Below, in pieces: positions 17,992-28,963 of a DNA stretch of 32,000 nt (positions are counted from its first letter, which is position 1; the number at the start of each line of letters is the position of its first letter). The translations under genes were made by a program, and so were the position numbers. The notes beneath the pieces are model-generated. The model was given only the letters and a program-made list of their open reading frames with translations. It ran no database searches and was not told the origin of the DNA. Source of the DNA: Crocosphaera subtropica ATCC 51142 (lineage in GTDB: Bacteria > Cyanobacteriota > Cyanobacteriia > Cyanobacteriales > Microcystaceae); contig NC_010546.1 of assembly GCF_000017845.1 (NCBI RefSeq), positions 2,850,001 to 2,882,000 on the forward strand. The letters are read 5' to 3'.

Positions 17992-18248
17992 GATTTTTTT
18001 AACGAGGAAATCAGGGTTTGAGAGTTCTTGTTAGTTGTCAGTTCTTCATAGATTCTCTTCTGTCGTACTCACGTTTATTTAAGTCGTCTGACATTAATCA
18101 ATCAACGGATCTGTATTAAGAAATCTCAGAAAACCAGAAGTTACCACCTGTTTTCGTCTCACCTTTTTTTTGTTCCCTTTCTTCACAGTTAACTGTTAAT
18201 TTATCCAACTAGCTAATTCTTTGAGAATTATCAATAATTCCTATTATT

Positions 18249-18608
18249 ATGTCTGAACACATCATTAATGTGACAGCAATTTTAATTCAACAAGAAATTG
18301 ATAGATTTTTTGTGAAGTATCCTCAAGATAATCCCTACAAAATCCTTTTTTCTCGTCCTTATTTTCAAAAAGAACTACTCAAGAAGGTTTTGTCCCAAAT
18401 TCCTAATCATCATGTGGTTATTTATGATAAACACACATTGATTAATCATGATGATTATGACTCTTTCATAGAAGAAAAAAGAAAACTAAAAGCCTTAATT
18501 AATCAAGCAGTTCCCAAAGTTTTGACAGAAAACTACCAAAAAGTAGGAGAAATCTTAGTAAGAGAGAGAAGCAAAACTAACCTCTCTTTGATTTGGGAAG
18601 ATGATTAA
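18249..18608 (+). CDS. Small hypothetical protein, tentatively ComFB-like
   Basis: 119-aa ORF. The pattern INVTAILIQQEIDRF ... ELLKKVLSQIPNHHVVI resembles the ComFB domain layout as I remember it (NV.E.LV..E. ... D..A.ALN.LPP.Y.V). This is motif-level recognition only. Confidence 0.5.
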   Translation: MSEHIINVTAILIQQEIDRFFVKYPQDNPYKILFSRPYFQKELLKKVLSQIPNHHVVIYDKHTLINHDDYDSFIEEKRKLKALINQAVPKVLTENYQKVGEILVRERSKTNLSLIWEDD

Positions 18609-18619
18609 ATAATAGTTAA

Positions 18620-19339
18620 TCACTCAAATCTTGATAAAGTCATTAAACGATTAAACTCCTGACGAATGAGATGATAACATTCACAAACTCGTTCTTCTAA
18701 AGCTGGTCTGTTTAAGATGATTATTTCTCCTCTTTTATAACGAATTAGGTTTAATTCCTGTAATTTTTGAGCGGTTTCTGTGACACTAGCTCGACGAACT
18801 CCTAACATTTGTGCCATAAATTTTTGTGTTAGGAATAACCGATCATTTTCCACCCCATCATGGACTAATAATAACCAACGACAAAACCGTTTTTCAATAC
18901 AGTGATGAGACTTACAAACAGCAATTTGGGAAACTTGATGCAGCCGTGTTTCTGTATAGAGTAAGAGGATTTTATGTAAAGTTTCTCCCCGTTGAAACTC
19001 TTGTTTGAGAATATCGGCCTTAATTTTAAACGCCCCGTCAGCTACTTGTACAACCGCTTGATGAACCGCATAGTTTCCTCCTAAAATAACCGGAAGTCCT
19101 ACTATTCCTTCCTGGCCAATTAGACCAATTTCAGTCGTAACATTACTCTTTAATCTTGAAACAATGGAAATCATTGATCGATGGGGAAAATAGACCCATT
19201 GAATCAAGGTATGCGCTTCATAAAGAACTTGTCCCAGACGAAGATTTACAAACTCTAAATGAGGAGCAATACGCTGATATTCTCGTTCTGGTAAAGCAGC
19301 TAGTAAACGGTTGTTAAGGGGAGAATATGAGATATTCAT
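18620..19339 (-). CDS. Crp/Fnr-family transcriptional regulator, paralogue of 17111..17842
   Basis: The ORF extends to 19381. The ATG at 19339 (MNISYSPLNNRLLAALP) aligns with the paralogue's N-terminus. HTH: LTQKFMAQMLGVRRASVTETAQKLQELNLIRYKRGEIII. Confidence 0.85.
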   Translation of the reverse strand: MNISYSPLNNRLLAALPEREYQRIAPHLEFVNLRLGQVLYEAHTLIQWVYFPHRSMISIVSRLKSNVTTEIGLIGQEGIVGLPVILGGNYAVHQAVVQVADGAFKIKADILKQEFQRGETLHKILLLYTETRLHQVSQIAVCKSHHCIEKRFCRWLLLVHDGVENDRLFLTQKFMAQMLGVRRASVTETAQKLQELNLIRYKRGEIIILNRPALEERVCECYHLIRQEFNRLMTLSRFE

Positions 19340-19580
19340 AGAGAAAATCCCTAATGTACTGATGTGATAAGTAACAACCAATTAATAAAAAAATCAAGAC
19401 CAATAAAGAGTAATATCAACTACTAAAATATCTCCCTGATTATCAATAAGAATCTTTAATCTTTCTTAATGGTTCTTCAAACATAAATGACATTATTTCA
19501 TATTTTTGTCGTCGTTGAAACCTCAAGCAAGAAAATAATTTTCCTCTTATAATAAAGAGTTGGACGTTTAAAGTAATCTC

Positions 19581-20927
19581 ATGACCATGACCTCGACCCC
19601 ACGCCGTTATCATATCACTACTTTTGGCTGTCAGATGAATAAAGCTGACTCAGAACGCATGGCCGGTATTTTGGAAGATATGGGGTTTAAATGGTCAGAA
19701 GACCCCAACACGGCGGATTTAATCCTGTATAATACCTGTACCATTCGGGATAATGCCGAACAAAAAGTTTATTCTTATCTGGGAAGACAGGCCAAACGTA
19801 AACATGAACATCCTGATTTAACGTTAGTGGTGGCCGGATGTGTGGCGCAACAGGAAGGGGAAAAAATCTTAAGACGGGTTCCTGAATTAGATTTAGTGAT
19901 GGGTCCGCAACACGCTAACCGTTTACAAGATTTACTCACCCAGGTTTTTGACGGGAATCAAGTGGTTGCCACCGAACCCATCCATATTGTCGAAGATATT
20001 ACTAAACCCCGTCGAGACAGTACCGTTACTGCTTGGGTGAACATTATTTATGGGTGTAATGAACGCTGTAGTTATTGTGTGGTTCCTAACGTTAGAGGGG
20101 TCGAACAATCTCGCACTCCAGAAGCAATTTATGCAGAAATGGAATTGTTAGGAAAACAGGGGTACAAAGAAGTTACTTTATTAGGACAAAATATTGATGC
20201 TTATGGCCGAGATTTACCTGGGGTCACTGAAACCGGAAGACATCAACATACTTTAACAGATTTACTCTATCAAGTTCACGATATTTCCGGTATTGAAAGA
20301 CTGAGATTTGCCACCAGTCACCCCCGTTATTTTACCGAACGCTTAATTAAAGCTTGTCACGAATTACCCAAAGTTTGTGAACATTTTCATATTCCTTTTC
20401 AATCAGGGGATAACGACGTTTTAAAAGCCATGAAACGGGGTTATACTCATGAAAAATATCGACACATTATTGATAAAATTAGGGAATATATGCCCGATGC
20501 TTCTATTAGTGCCGATGCCATTGTCGGCTTTCCTGGAGAAACAGAAGCACAGTTTGAAAACACCTTAAAATTAGTCGATGATATCGGTTTTGATCAACTC
20601 AATACGGCCGCTTATTCCCCCCGTCCGGGGACTCCTGCAGCCATTTGGGACAATCAATTAAGCGAAGAAATAAAAAGCGATCGCTTACAACGATTAAATC
20701 ATTTAGTAGCACAAAAAGCAGCCCAACGATCCCAACGATATTTAAACCGAATCGAAGAGGTGTTAGTTGAGGATGAAAACCCCAAAGATAACACTCAAGT
20801 CATGGGAAGAACCAGAGGCAATCGTTTAACCTTCTTTGAGGGTGATATTGAAGCATTAAAAGGACAATTAATTAAAGTGAAAATTACCGAAGTTCGTGCC
20901 TTTAGCTTAACAGGAGAAGCAATCTAA
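19581..20927 (+). CDS. miaB: tRNA-2-methylthio-N6-dimethylallyladenosine synthase (radical SAM methylthiotransferase)
   Basis: 448-aa ORF with [14 protein letters not shown] (UPF0004 cluster), the radical SAM motif [12 protein letters not shown], and a C-terminal TRAM domain. Confidence 0.9.
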
Positions 20928-21401
20928 TCTATAGCAGTTCCCCGATTTGTGAAGTATAAAGGGGATTCCTTTGAGACAGAAGACAATCTCAGTAGAAGAA
21001 AGCTAATCTTAACTTCCGAAGTTAAGCCACCTTGATCTCATATTAAACAAAAATACTCTAAAGGAGCTAAATCCTCAAAATAAGCTCTACCACTAAGTTT
21101 GAGCCATTTTTGTGGAAAAATTCTTAACTTCTGGCTTAAGTCCCTAAACTAAGGTTGTATCTTTTGGGTCTAAGTTTCATCATGGTAAGTGGTTAGGGAA
21201 CAACAGTGGAGCAGTTAGTTGAGTTGCCCCAAAGCGAGATCCTTTAGGATTTGTCTACCTATATTCGAGACAAACCTAGGAATTGAGTCAATTTACCCCA
21301 AAGGAAAATGACAAAATTCTTTGTGATTGAGCTTACAAGGCACTACTAACTGTTTTTCTTTTATGATTGGGATTTTCTTAATTTCTTTGATTACAATCAA
21401 T

Positions 21402-21432
21402 TAGGGACAGAATGAATACCGTTCTGTCCCTA
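21402..21432 (-). terminator. Hairpin TAGGGACAGAA / TTCTGTCCCTA (9-nt loop), 38 nt downstream of the atpC stop. Probable operon terminator.
   Basis: Perfect 11-bp inverted repeat read from the sequence. The downstream sequence on the minus strand is A/U-rich. Confidence 0.5.
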
Positions 21433-21469
21433 ATGAATATGGTCTTGATAAATAAATTTGGAGATATCT

Positions 21470-21880
21470 TTAAACCAAGCCACCTGCTGCTTGAAGACGG
21501 GCCCTAGCCCGCTTATATGCGTTGGCTGCTTTCATTTGTTCGCGAGGCTCTCCACCCTTACTGGCCTCTTCTAAACGGCTTTGAGCAGCATCATACTCTG
21601 CTTTAGCTGCTTCTTTGTCAATGGCATCTCCTGCTTCAGCCGAATTAACTAAAACTTTGATTTCATCTAGTTCTACTTCGGCGAAACCGCCCATGACAGC
21701 AATGCTTTTCCATTCTTTGTCGGGACGGACACGGATCACACCAGTATCTAAAGCAGTCAATAGGGGAGCGTGACCAGCTAGAATACCCAGTTGTCCAGAG
21801 GTACTGGGTAGAATGGCTTCTTGTACGTCACCGTCCCAAACGGTCTTATCCGGGGTAATTACACGAACTGTTAATGGCAT
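21470..21880 (-). CDS. atpC: F1 ATP synthase epsilon subunit (atpE in cyanobacterial nomenclature)
   Basis: 136-aa [20 protein letters not shown]...[22 protein letters not shown]. It sits immediately downstream of the beta subunit gene. Confidence 0.92.
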
Positions 21881-21912
21881 ATCAGTGATTCATTTTCGGT
21901 GGTTAGTGCTTA

Positions 21913-21940
21913 GTAGGGGCGAACCATAGCACGCCCCTAC
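21913..21940 (-). other. GC-rich intercistronic hairpin between atpD and atpC (GTAGGGGCG / CGCCCCTAC, 10-nt loop)
   Basis: Perfect 9-bp inverted repeat within the 83-nt spacer of an AT-rich operon. Confidence 0.6.
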
Positions 21941-21963
21941 CAGTAAGACAAAGGTTAAAAAAC

Positions 21964-23442
<1,479 letters not shown>

Positions 23443-23696
23443 TTATTAATTTGGCTGAGCGAGAATGTTTAATGTTATTTTTGCCACCCTATAGATTACC
23501 ACTTCTGGGTCATTGGGGAAATGGGTTACTTGGGTTTTGTGATAAGATCCCTCAACTGCGTAGCTACAGTTTTAGAAGATAATTTTAAATGTATCGGTAT
23601 AATTACTGAAATAAGTGATAATTATCTAGTTTAATTATTAATTACAAAACCATTGCTGATTGAATATTTTTATAATGCTTGTTTAAGAGGATAATT

Positions 23697-23714
23697 GAGG
23701 GCAATAACGCCCTC
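23697..23714 (-). terminator. Hairpin GAGGGC-aataac-GCCCTC just downstream of the 65-aa ORF
   Basis: 6-bp GC-rich inverted repeat, 11 nt after the stop on the minus strand. The U-tract is weak. Confidence 0.3.
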
Positions 23715-23724
23715 CCTCACAGGA

Positions 23725-23922
23725 TTAATAGGCTAAGGTTTCTAAGGTTTCTCTAAGATAGGAACGGACTTGTTCATCGAGGGATTCTACATCAGCGTCT
23801 TTGTTTTGTTGTGCTTGCCATTGTTGAAACCCTGAACACTCAGCGATCGCTTGTTGCAGACTTTCCCAAACTTCTGTTTCTGTTCCGATTGGATGGTGGG
23901 CTGTCATGGTTGAGTTTGTCAT
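23725..23922 (-). CDS. Hypothetical small acidic protein
   Basis: 65-aa ORF with non-repetitive composition and an internal HIP1 site. I recognised no family. Confidence 0.4.
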   Translation of the reverse strand: MTNSTMTAHHPIGTETEVWESLQQAIAECSGFQQWQAQQNKDADVESLDEQVRSYLRETLETLAY

Positions 23923-24012
23923 CGCTTTTTTCTATCTTCTTAACATCACTGTTTCTAGCATAACTCAGATGATTTTATTCCTACTGATATCTATTACACA
24001 ATCCTGAAGAAA

Positions 24013-24639
24013 TTATGAACTTTTTTCGGTCATATTTGATGATGGGGGAAGGGTGGGAATCAACAAGATTTTATTGACCCGTAACCCTAATACTGTAAAG
24101 TTACTGACTACCTTATCCAAGGGAATGGGTTCGGTGTTTAACCATGTTTTTTCTGAGGTTAATAATACTCCTAAAACACTCACAGGAACTTGCACAAATA
24201 AGTTACAGAACAAGAAAGCGATCGCAGCTATCATTAATCCTAAAATACGCCATTGTGGTAACATAGAAGCGGTTACGGCTGCGAAGGGAGCCAGTTGATA
24301 AAGTAGCCAACCCACTCCTAATAATCCAATGGCTGCGATTCCATGAAGAATTTTATTTTTTCTGGTTTTCAACAGAGACAAAATTTTTCTTTGTTCTTCT
24401 GTCAAACTACTAGGTCTTACAGCCAAAAAAAGAAGGCTAAAAAAGTCAAACGGTTTTGTCCATTGCATCCAGAGAATAGGGATAACTCCAATGACACCAA
24501 CTAGAACTAATTCTATCCAATAGAATGGCCAAGGATCACTAACACCTAATCCTATCCACATAACAATTAATAATAAAGGAGCGAGGGCTAAACCGGCTAA
24601 ATGAATCCATAAAAAGGGTTCAAGACGAAAGTTATTCAT
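24013..24639 (-). CDS. Hypothetical integral membrane protein
   Basis: 208-aa ORF with about 5 hydrophobic helices and a short hydrophilic tail. Confidence 0.6.
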   Translation of the reverse strand: MNNFRLEPFLWIHLAGLALAPLLLIVMWIGLGVSDPWPFYWIELVLVGVIGVIPILWMQWTKPFDFFSLLFLAVRPSSLTEEQRKILSLLKTRKNKILHGIAAIGLLGVGWLLYQLAPFAAVTASMLPQWRILGLMIAAIAFLFCNLFVQVPVSVLGVLLTSEKTWLNTEPIPLDKVVSNFTVLGLRVNKILLIPTLPPSSNMTEKSS

Positions 24640-24689
24640 TGGTTTCGTTTCTTGCTAAGCTAAACAATGGTTATTAATTCTGATGTTTC

Positions 24690-25175
24690 ATGATACCAAA
24701 TCTTTATTCATCTTTATCCTTCCAGAAACAAGACTTAATTAAGGGATTATTGGTAATCTTTTGTTCTTTAGTTTTAACCGCTTGTCAAAGCAATACGGTT
24801 CCTTTAGAATTTGCCCCCGATGGCAAGATTGTTGAACAGGCGATCGCCTTACAACTCAGTCAAAGATTAACCCCTTTGAGTGAACAATTAAATACTCAAA
24901 AACCGAAGTTAGATATTAGTAATATTAATGTCAAAAAAATTGCTCCCGTAACCATTAGTAATCTACCGAGTTATCATCTGACAGGAACTTATAATTTAAA
25001 ACTGATTTTACCCCGTCAAGAAGTTAAACAAAAAAGAAACAAATTTGATGTTTATCTTCAACGACAAGCAGAAGGAAAAACCTGGAGACTTTTGAGTAAA
25101 GACAACAAAAGCTCTAATCAGGAAGCTGTCTGGAAAAGCTATGTGATCATGGGTGATCTTAGACCGAATAATTAG
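24690..25175 (+). CDS. Hypothetical lipoprotein
   Basis: 161-aa ORF. A hydrophobic leader ends in the lipobox-like LTAC (LVIFCSLVLTAC|QSN). Confidence 0.55.
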   Translation: MIPNLYSSLSFQKQDLIKGLLVIFCSLVLTACQSNTVPLEFAPDGKIVEQAIALQLSQRLTPLSEQLNTQKPKLDISNINVKKIAPVTISNLPSYHLTGTYNLKLILPRQEVKQKRNKFDVYLQRQAEGKTWRLLSKDNKSSNQEAVWKSYVIMGDLRPNN

Positions 25176-25219
25176 TTATGAGTGATTAATTGTCTGCAAT
25201 AATTATCTAGCCCAAAATC

Positions 25220-26101
25220 CTATAAACTCAGCATCCAATCTGTGATTAAGCTGTTAACTTTATCGGGAATTTCATCATGGGGGCAATGACCAGCTTCTAG
25301 ATAACATTCTGTTAAGTTAGGATAATATTGACGATATTTTTCGGCTCTTTGTTTGGCGTTCATCCAAGGATCTTTTTCTCCCCATAACATCAGTAAGGGA
25401 TGGGATAATTGTTGTAATAAACTATCTACAGTTTCCCCTTGCGGTGTTTTGAAAACTGAGGCAAATACTTGTGCTGCACCCACATCACAAGACGGACGAT
25501 AAATATCATTAACTAACTGTTCGGTCACAGCTTCTTTATTGTAATAAACTTTGTTTAATGTCTTGCGAATATTATTAGGACGACGCATATATTGAAATAA
25601 TAAATAACTCGCCCAAGGTTGTAATAAAACAGAACGCATCATTTTTTGTAATTTTTTAGGTTTGGCTCCCTTTTGGGTATCCCTAAACGGTCCTGCGCTA
25701 TTGATTAAAACCAGTCCTTTAGAAGTTTCTGGACATTGAGAGGCCACACAAAGAGACGCATAACCCCCTAAAGAATTACCAGCTAAGACAACAGGTTGGC
25801 AAATGATTTCTGTAATAAAGTCTTTTAATTGATCTCTCCAAAGATCACCACTATATTGTAATTTAGGTTTTGCAGAACGACCAAATCCTAATAAGTCAAT
25901 GGCAAAAACTTCAAAATCCTTTTGTAAATGAGCAATATTTTTTTGCCAATGTTCCGTAGATGCACCAAACCCATGTATCAATAACAAAGGATGACGGTTA
26001 GGCTGTTTTGTTCCAGCATGAACATAGTAAATATTATGGCCTTGCCATTGCCAATATTGTCCGTTAGGGGAAGACTTGGAGGAAAGATCAGCTATTTGCA
26101 T
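25220..26101 (-). CDS. Alpha/beta-fold hydrolase (resembles the pheophytinase/CLD1-type esterase group)
   Basis: 293-aa ORF with the oxyanion region LLLIHGFGAS, the nucleophile elbow GNSLGG, and a C-terminal GHCPHDE catalytic His region. Confidence 0.8.
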   Translation of the reverse strand: MQIADLSSKSSPNGQYWQWQGHNIYYVHAGTKQPNRHPLLLIHGFGASTEHWQKNIAHLQKDFEVFAIDLLGFGRSAKPKLQYSGDLWRDQLKDFITEIICQPVVLAGNSLGGYASLCVASQCPETSKGLVLINSAGPFRDTQKGAKPKKLQKMMRSVLLQPWASYLLFQYMRRPNNIRKTLNKVYYNKEAVTEQLVNDIYRPSCDVGAAQVFASVFKTPQGETVDSLLQQLSHPLLMLWGEKDPWMNAKQRAEKYRQYYPNLTECYLEAGHCPHDEIPDKVNSLITDWMLSL

Positions 26102-26235
26102 GGCGATCGCAGTTTGTAAAGTAATATTAACATCCTTTTTAGTGTAACCTCTGAAAGCTATTTCGACAAAGTGACGTTTTCTAGCTGAAAAGTCTATACT
26201 TTCGACGAATAGGTTAACAGTTTCATCAGGGTGTT

Positions 26236-26399
26236 AACTTATACCGAACTCGGTGTATTGTAAACAAGAAGAAAAAATACCGTATTTAACATATAATTGT
26301 GAGATAAGTAGTCCGACATAAATATAATTAACTGTCCTAAGAAATGTAAATTAAGACCTTCCCCTCTGCTTACTCTACAGTAACGTTTATTTTTGTCCA
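26236..26399 (+). promoter_or_regulatory. Upstream leader homologous to 7716..7820. It contains the perfect palindrome AAATAC-C-GTATTT (26275-26287) abutting a TATAAT (26292-26297).
   Basis: The same six blocks occur in the same order as upstream of the GT operon: 26236, 26277, 26317, 26343, 26354, 26390. Confidence 0.5.
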
Positions 26400-26477
26400 G
26401 GTACTTAAGTTAGATGGTAAACAGTCAATAAATATTATTAGATTGGCTCAAAACAGAAGTTAATAGTCATTTAAAAC

Positions 26478-27140
26478 ATGTGTTTTTCAGCTACAGTTAG
26501 CTTAACAGCCGCAGCTAGTTTATTTTTACTAGGAATAGGAACAATTAGACAAACATCATCAAAAAGAGAAGTTTTATTAGGCTCATTTCCTTGTTTATTC
26601 GCTTTACAACAAAGTTTAGAGGGATTAGTCTGGACTGGTATTAATGATAATTCATTAAATCAATTGATGATGGTTGGAACCTATGGATTTTTACTGTTTG
26701 CTACATTTATGTGGTTAGTTTTAAGTCCTCTTTCTATTTACTTCTTAGAGAAAGATAAAAATAAAAAACAATTTTTATCAGTATTAACTATTTTGGGATT
26801 TTTGTTAGGCTTTTATTTATTTACTTGGACAATTTATCATGGGATTGAACCTCAAGTATTTTCAGGTAATATCTTCTATGATTTAAGATTTATTCCTTTT
26901 TTTGAGGTTTGTAAATATATCTATTTGTCCATAATTGTCCTTCCTTTTTTCATCAAACAATCTAAGCTATTAAAATGCTTTGCTAGTCTGATTATTATAT
27001 CATTCATCATCAGTCAACTCTTTTTTAAAATCACCTTAGTATCAGTTTGGTGCTTTTTTGCTGCGTTACTCAGTGGTTTTCTCTCCTTAATCATGAAACA
27101 TTTATCTTCTGAAGAAGAAGCTATAAAACCCTCTATTTAA
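26478..27140 (+). CDS. Hypothetical polytopic membrane protein
   Basis: 220-aa ORF with about 6-7 hydrophobic helices. I recognised no family. Confidence 0.6.
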   Translation: MCFSATVSLTAAASLFLLGIGTIRQTSSKREVLLGSFPCLFALQQSLEGLVWTGINDNSLNQLMMVGTYGFLLFATFMWLVLSPLSIYFLEKDKNKKQFLSVLTILGFLLGFYLFTWTIYHGIEPQVFSGNIFYDLRFIPFFEVCKYIYLSIIVLPFFIKQSKLLKCFASLIIISFIISQLFFKITLVSVWCFFAALLSGFLSLIMKHLSSEEEAIKPSI

Positions 27141-27173
27141 AGAATATTAAAACTTCACTGTTTTTTCTGTCCT

Positions 27174-27998
27174 TTAATTAGGTTTTCTTGTCAAATAGGG
27201 TAACAATTTATCAGGATGCTTAAGGAAATGTTTGATTTTACTAAGAAACTTTTTTAACCAAAAATTCTTGATCATAAATTGTACTTTTTCTAAGGGAGAT
27301 AATTGTTGATAATAGATTGCAAACAAAGGTTCAAACCTTGACTTTCCTTCTCCCTTTCTACGATCCTTAAATGTTTTTGTGCCAGGAATATAACGATAGT
27401 TACCAAAAATTTCATCAACGTATTTGACCTTAGCTTTTTGAACCACTCGTAAAATAAAGTCTAAATCCATTGTATAGTGATCTTCGATCTTATATAATCC
27501 AACTTCATCGTGTAGAGATTTATGATAAAAATAAGCAGAAGGATTAATCGGATGGGGGTAAACTGACCATCCCAATAATAAATCTGCTAGGTTAAGTTTA
27601 TTGGGTTTATTAATAAATCTTACGTTACCATTAATATTCCAAACCTGACAGTTACCCACTAAAAAGCTATTTTCAGGCAAGGTTTTAAAAATATCTAAAA
27701 CCCGATTTAAAACATTAGGTTCATAAAAATCGTCAACATTTAAAATAGTAATAATCTCACCCTTAGCCAGATTAATTCCTTTATTCATCGCATCAGATTG
27801 ACCTTGATCCCCTTCAGAAATCCAACGGATATGGGGGTATTGATCAGCATATTGTTGAATAATTTCAACGGTTTTATCTTGAGAACCACCATCAATAATA
27901 ATATGTTCAACATCAGAACAATTTTGCTCAATGACCACCTTAATACAAGATTCAATAAAAGATTCTCCATTATAAACAGGAGTAATAACACTAATCAT
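27174..27998 (-). CDS. Glycosyltransferase family 2
   Basis: 274-aa ORF with ISVITPVYNGESFIE, IIIDGGSQDKT and an NVDD (DxD) motif. Confidence 0.85.
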   Translation of the reverse strand: MISVITPVYNGESFIESCIKVVIEQNCSDVEHIIIDGGSQDKTVEIIQQYADQYPHIRWISEGDQGQSDAMNKGINLAKGEIITILNVDDFYEPNVLNRVLDIFKTLPENSFLVGNCQVWNINGNVRFINKPNKLNLADLLLGWSVYPHPINPSAYFYHKSLHDEVGLYKIEDHYTMDLDFILRVVQKAKVKYVDEIFGNYRYIPGTKTFKDRRKGEGKSRFEPLFAIYYQQLSPLEKVQFMIKNFWLKKFLSKIKHFLKHPDKLLPYLTRKPN

Positions 27999-28129
27999 AG
28001 TTAATCAGTCAAATTTTTAACCTATTTTAACAGAATTGTAGCCAAATGCTCTATCTAAATAAGCCTAGATTGAGCGAGAAAAGGGGAACTAAAGAATAAA
28101 ATCCTCCTCTCCCCACTTCGTTTTAGAGT

Positions 28130-28963
28130 TCAACAAGAGACTAACGTAATCACAGTTAATTCTGGAGGACAGAAAAAACGTCCTGGAAAGTAAGTTCCTA
28201 AACCCCGATTAACATAGAGTTGGTTTCCCCTAATATGATGCCATCCTTGATGCCATTCCCAATGTTTGAGAATTCCAGAACAATGATTCATGTAGGGAAT
28301 ACAGTTTTGTAATCGAGGGGGTATCTGTTGACGAATTTGTTGCAGTAACCCTAAACCCGGTCCAAAACCAGGAATAACAATTTGACCTCCGTGGGTATGA
28401 CCCGATAATTGGAGATCAACACGCCATTTTTGTAGAATACTGGCTGTATCAGGATTATGGGATAAAACTAAACAAGGGTTCGACTCAGACAGTTGAGACA
28501 TAATCGGGTCAGGGTTAAACCCTTTCGACCAAAAATCCGCTAACCCGACTATGGGCAAATTATCCTCAAAAGGGCTAACAATTTCGTTCCAGAGAACTTT
28601 AATCCCCGCCTCACTCAAAGCTTCTGTGACTATTGGTTTAGCACGAGAAGACAAAACATCATGATTGCCTAAAACAGCATAAATTCCCACTCGACTTTGC
28701 AATAATTTTAATTTAGGAGCTAAACTATAAATTGTGTTTGGTTCGTCAGTAATATAGTCTCCTGTGAGTACGACCAAATCAGGGTGTTCTTCATTGCTTA
28801 CGGTAATGGCTTGAGTGAGTAATTCAGAAGATAAACACAGTCCATCATCATGTAAATCCGAAAGTTGCACAATTTTTGTTCCTTCCAGGGAAGAGGATAA
28901 ACCCTTAATGGGAATTGTTAACCTTTCTACCCTCAAAGGTTCGCTTAAAATGGGAGCAAGCAT
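28130..28963 (-). CDS. Metallophosphoesterase (calcineurin-like, YaeI-type)
   Basis: 277-aa ORF with the motifs QLSDLHDD, LTGDYI, GNHD and SGHTHGGQ. Confidence 0.85.
   Translation of the reverse strand: MLAPILSEPLRVERLTIPIKGLSSSLEGTKIVQLSDLHDDGLCLSSELLTQAITVSNEEHPDLVVLTGDYITDEPNTIYSLAPKLKLLQSRVGIYAVLGNHDVLSSRAKPIVTEALSEAGIKVLWNEIVSPFEDNLPIVGLADFWSKGFNPDPIMSQLSESNPCLVLSHNPDTASILQKWRVDLQLSGHTHGGQIVIPGFGPGLGLLQQIRQQIPPRLQNCIPYMNHCSGILKHWEWHQGWHHIRGNQLYVNRGLGTYFPGRFFCPPELTVITLVSC

Noticed and set aside
19410-19423. A third GTA-N8-TAC match (GTAATATCAACTAC) in the divergent promoter between the second Crp gene and miaB
   Set aside because: Only the minimal 6 fixed bases match. About 8 such hits are expected by chance in 32 kb, and it lacks the extended GTACG...CGTAC arms of the other two sites. 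I mention it only as a weak candidate.
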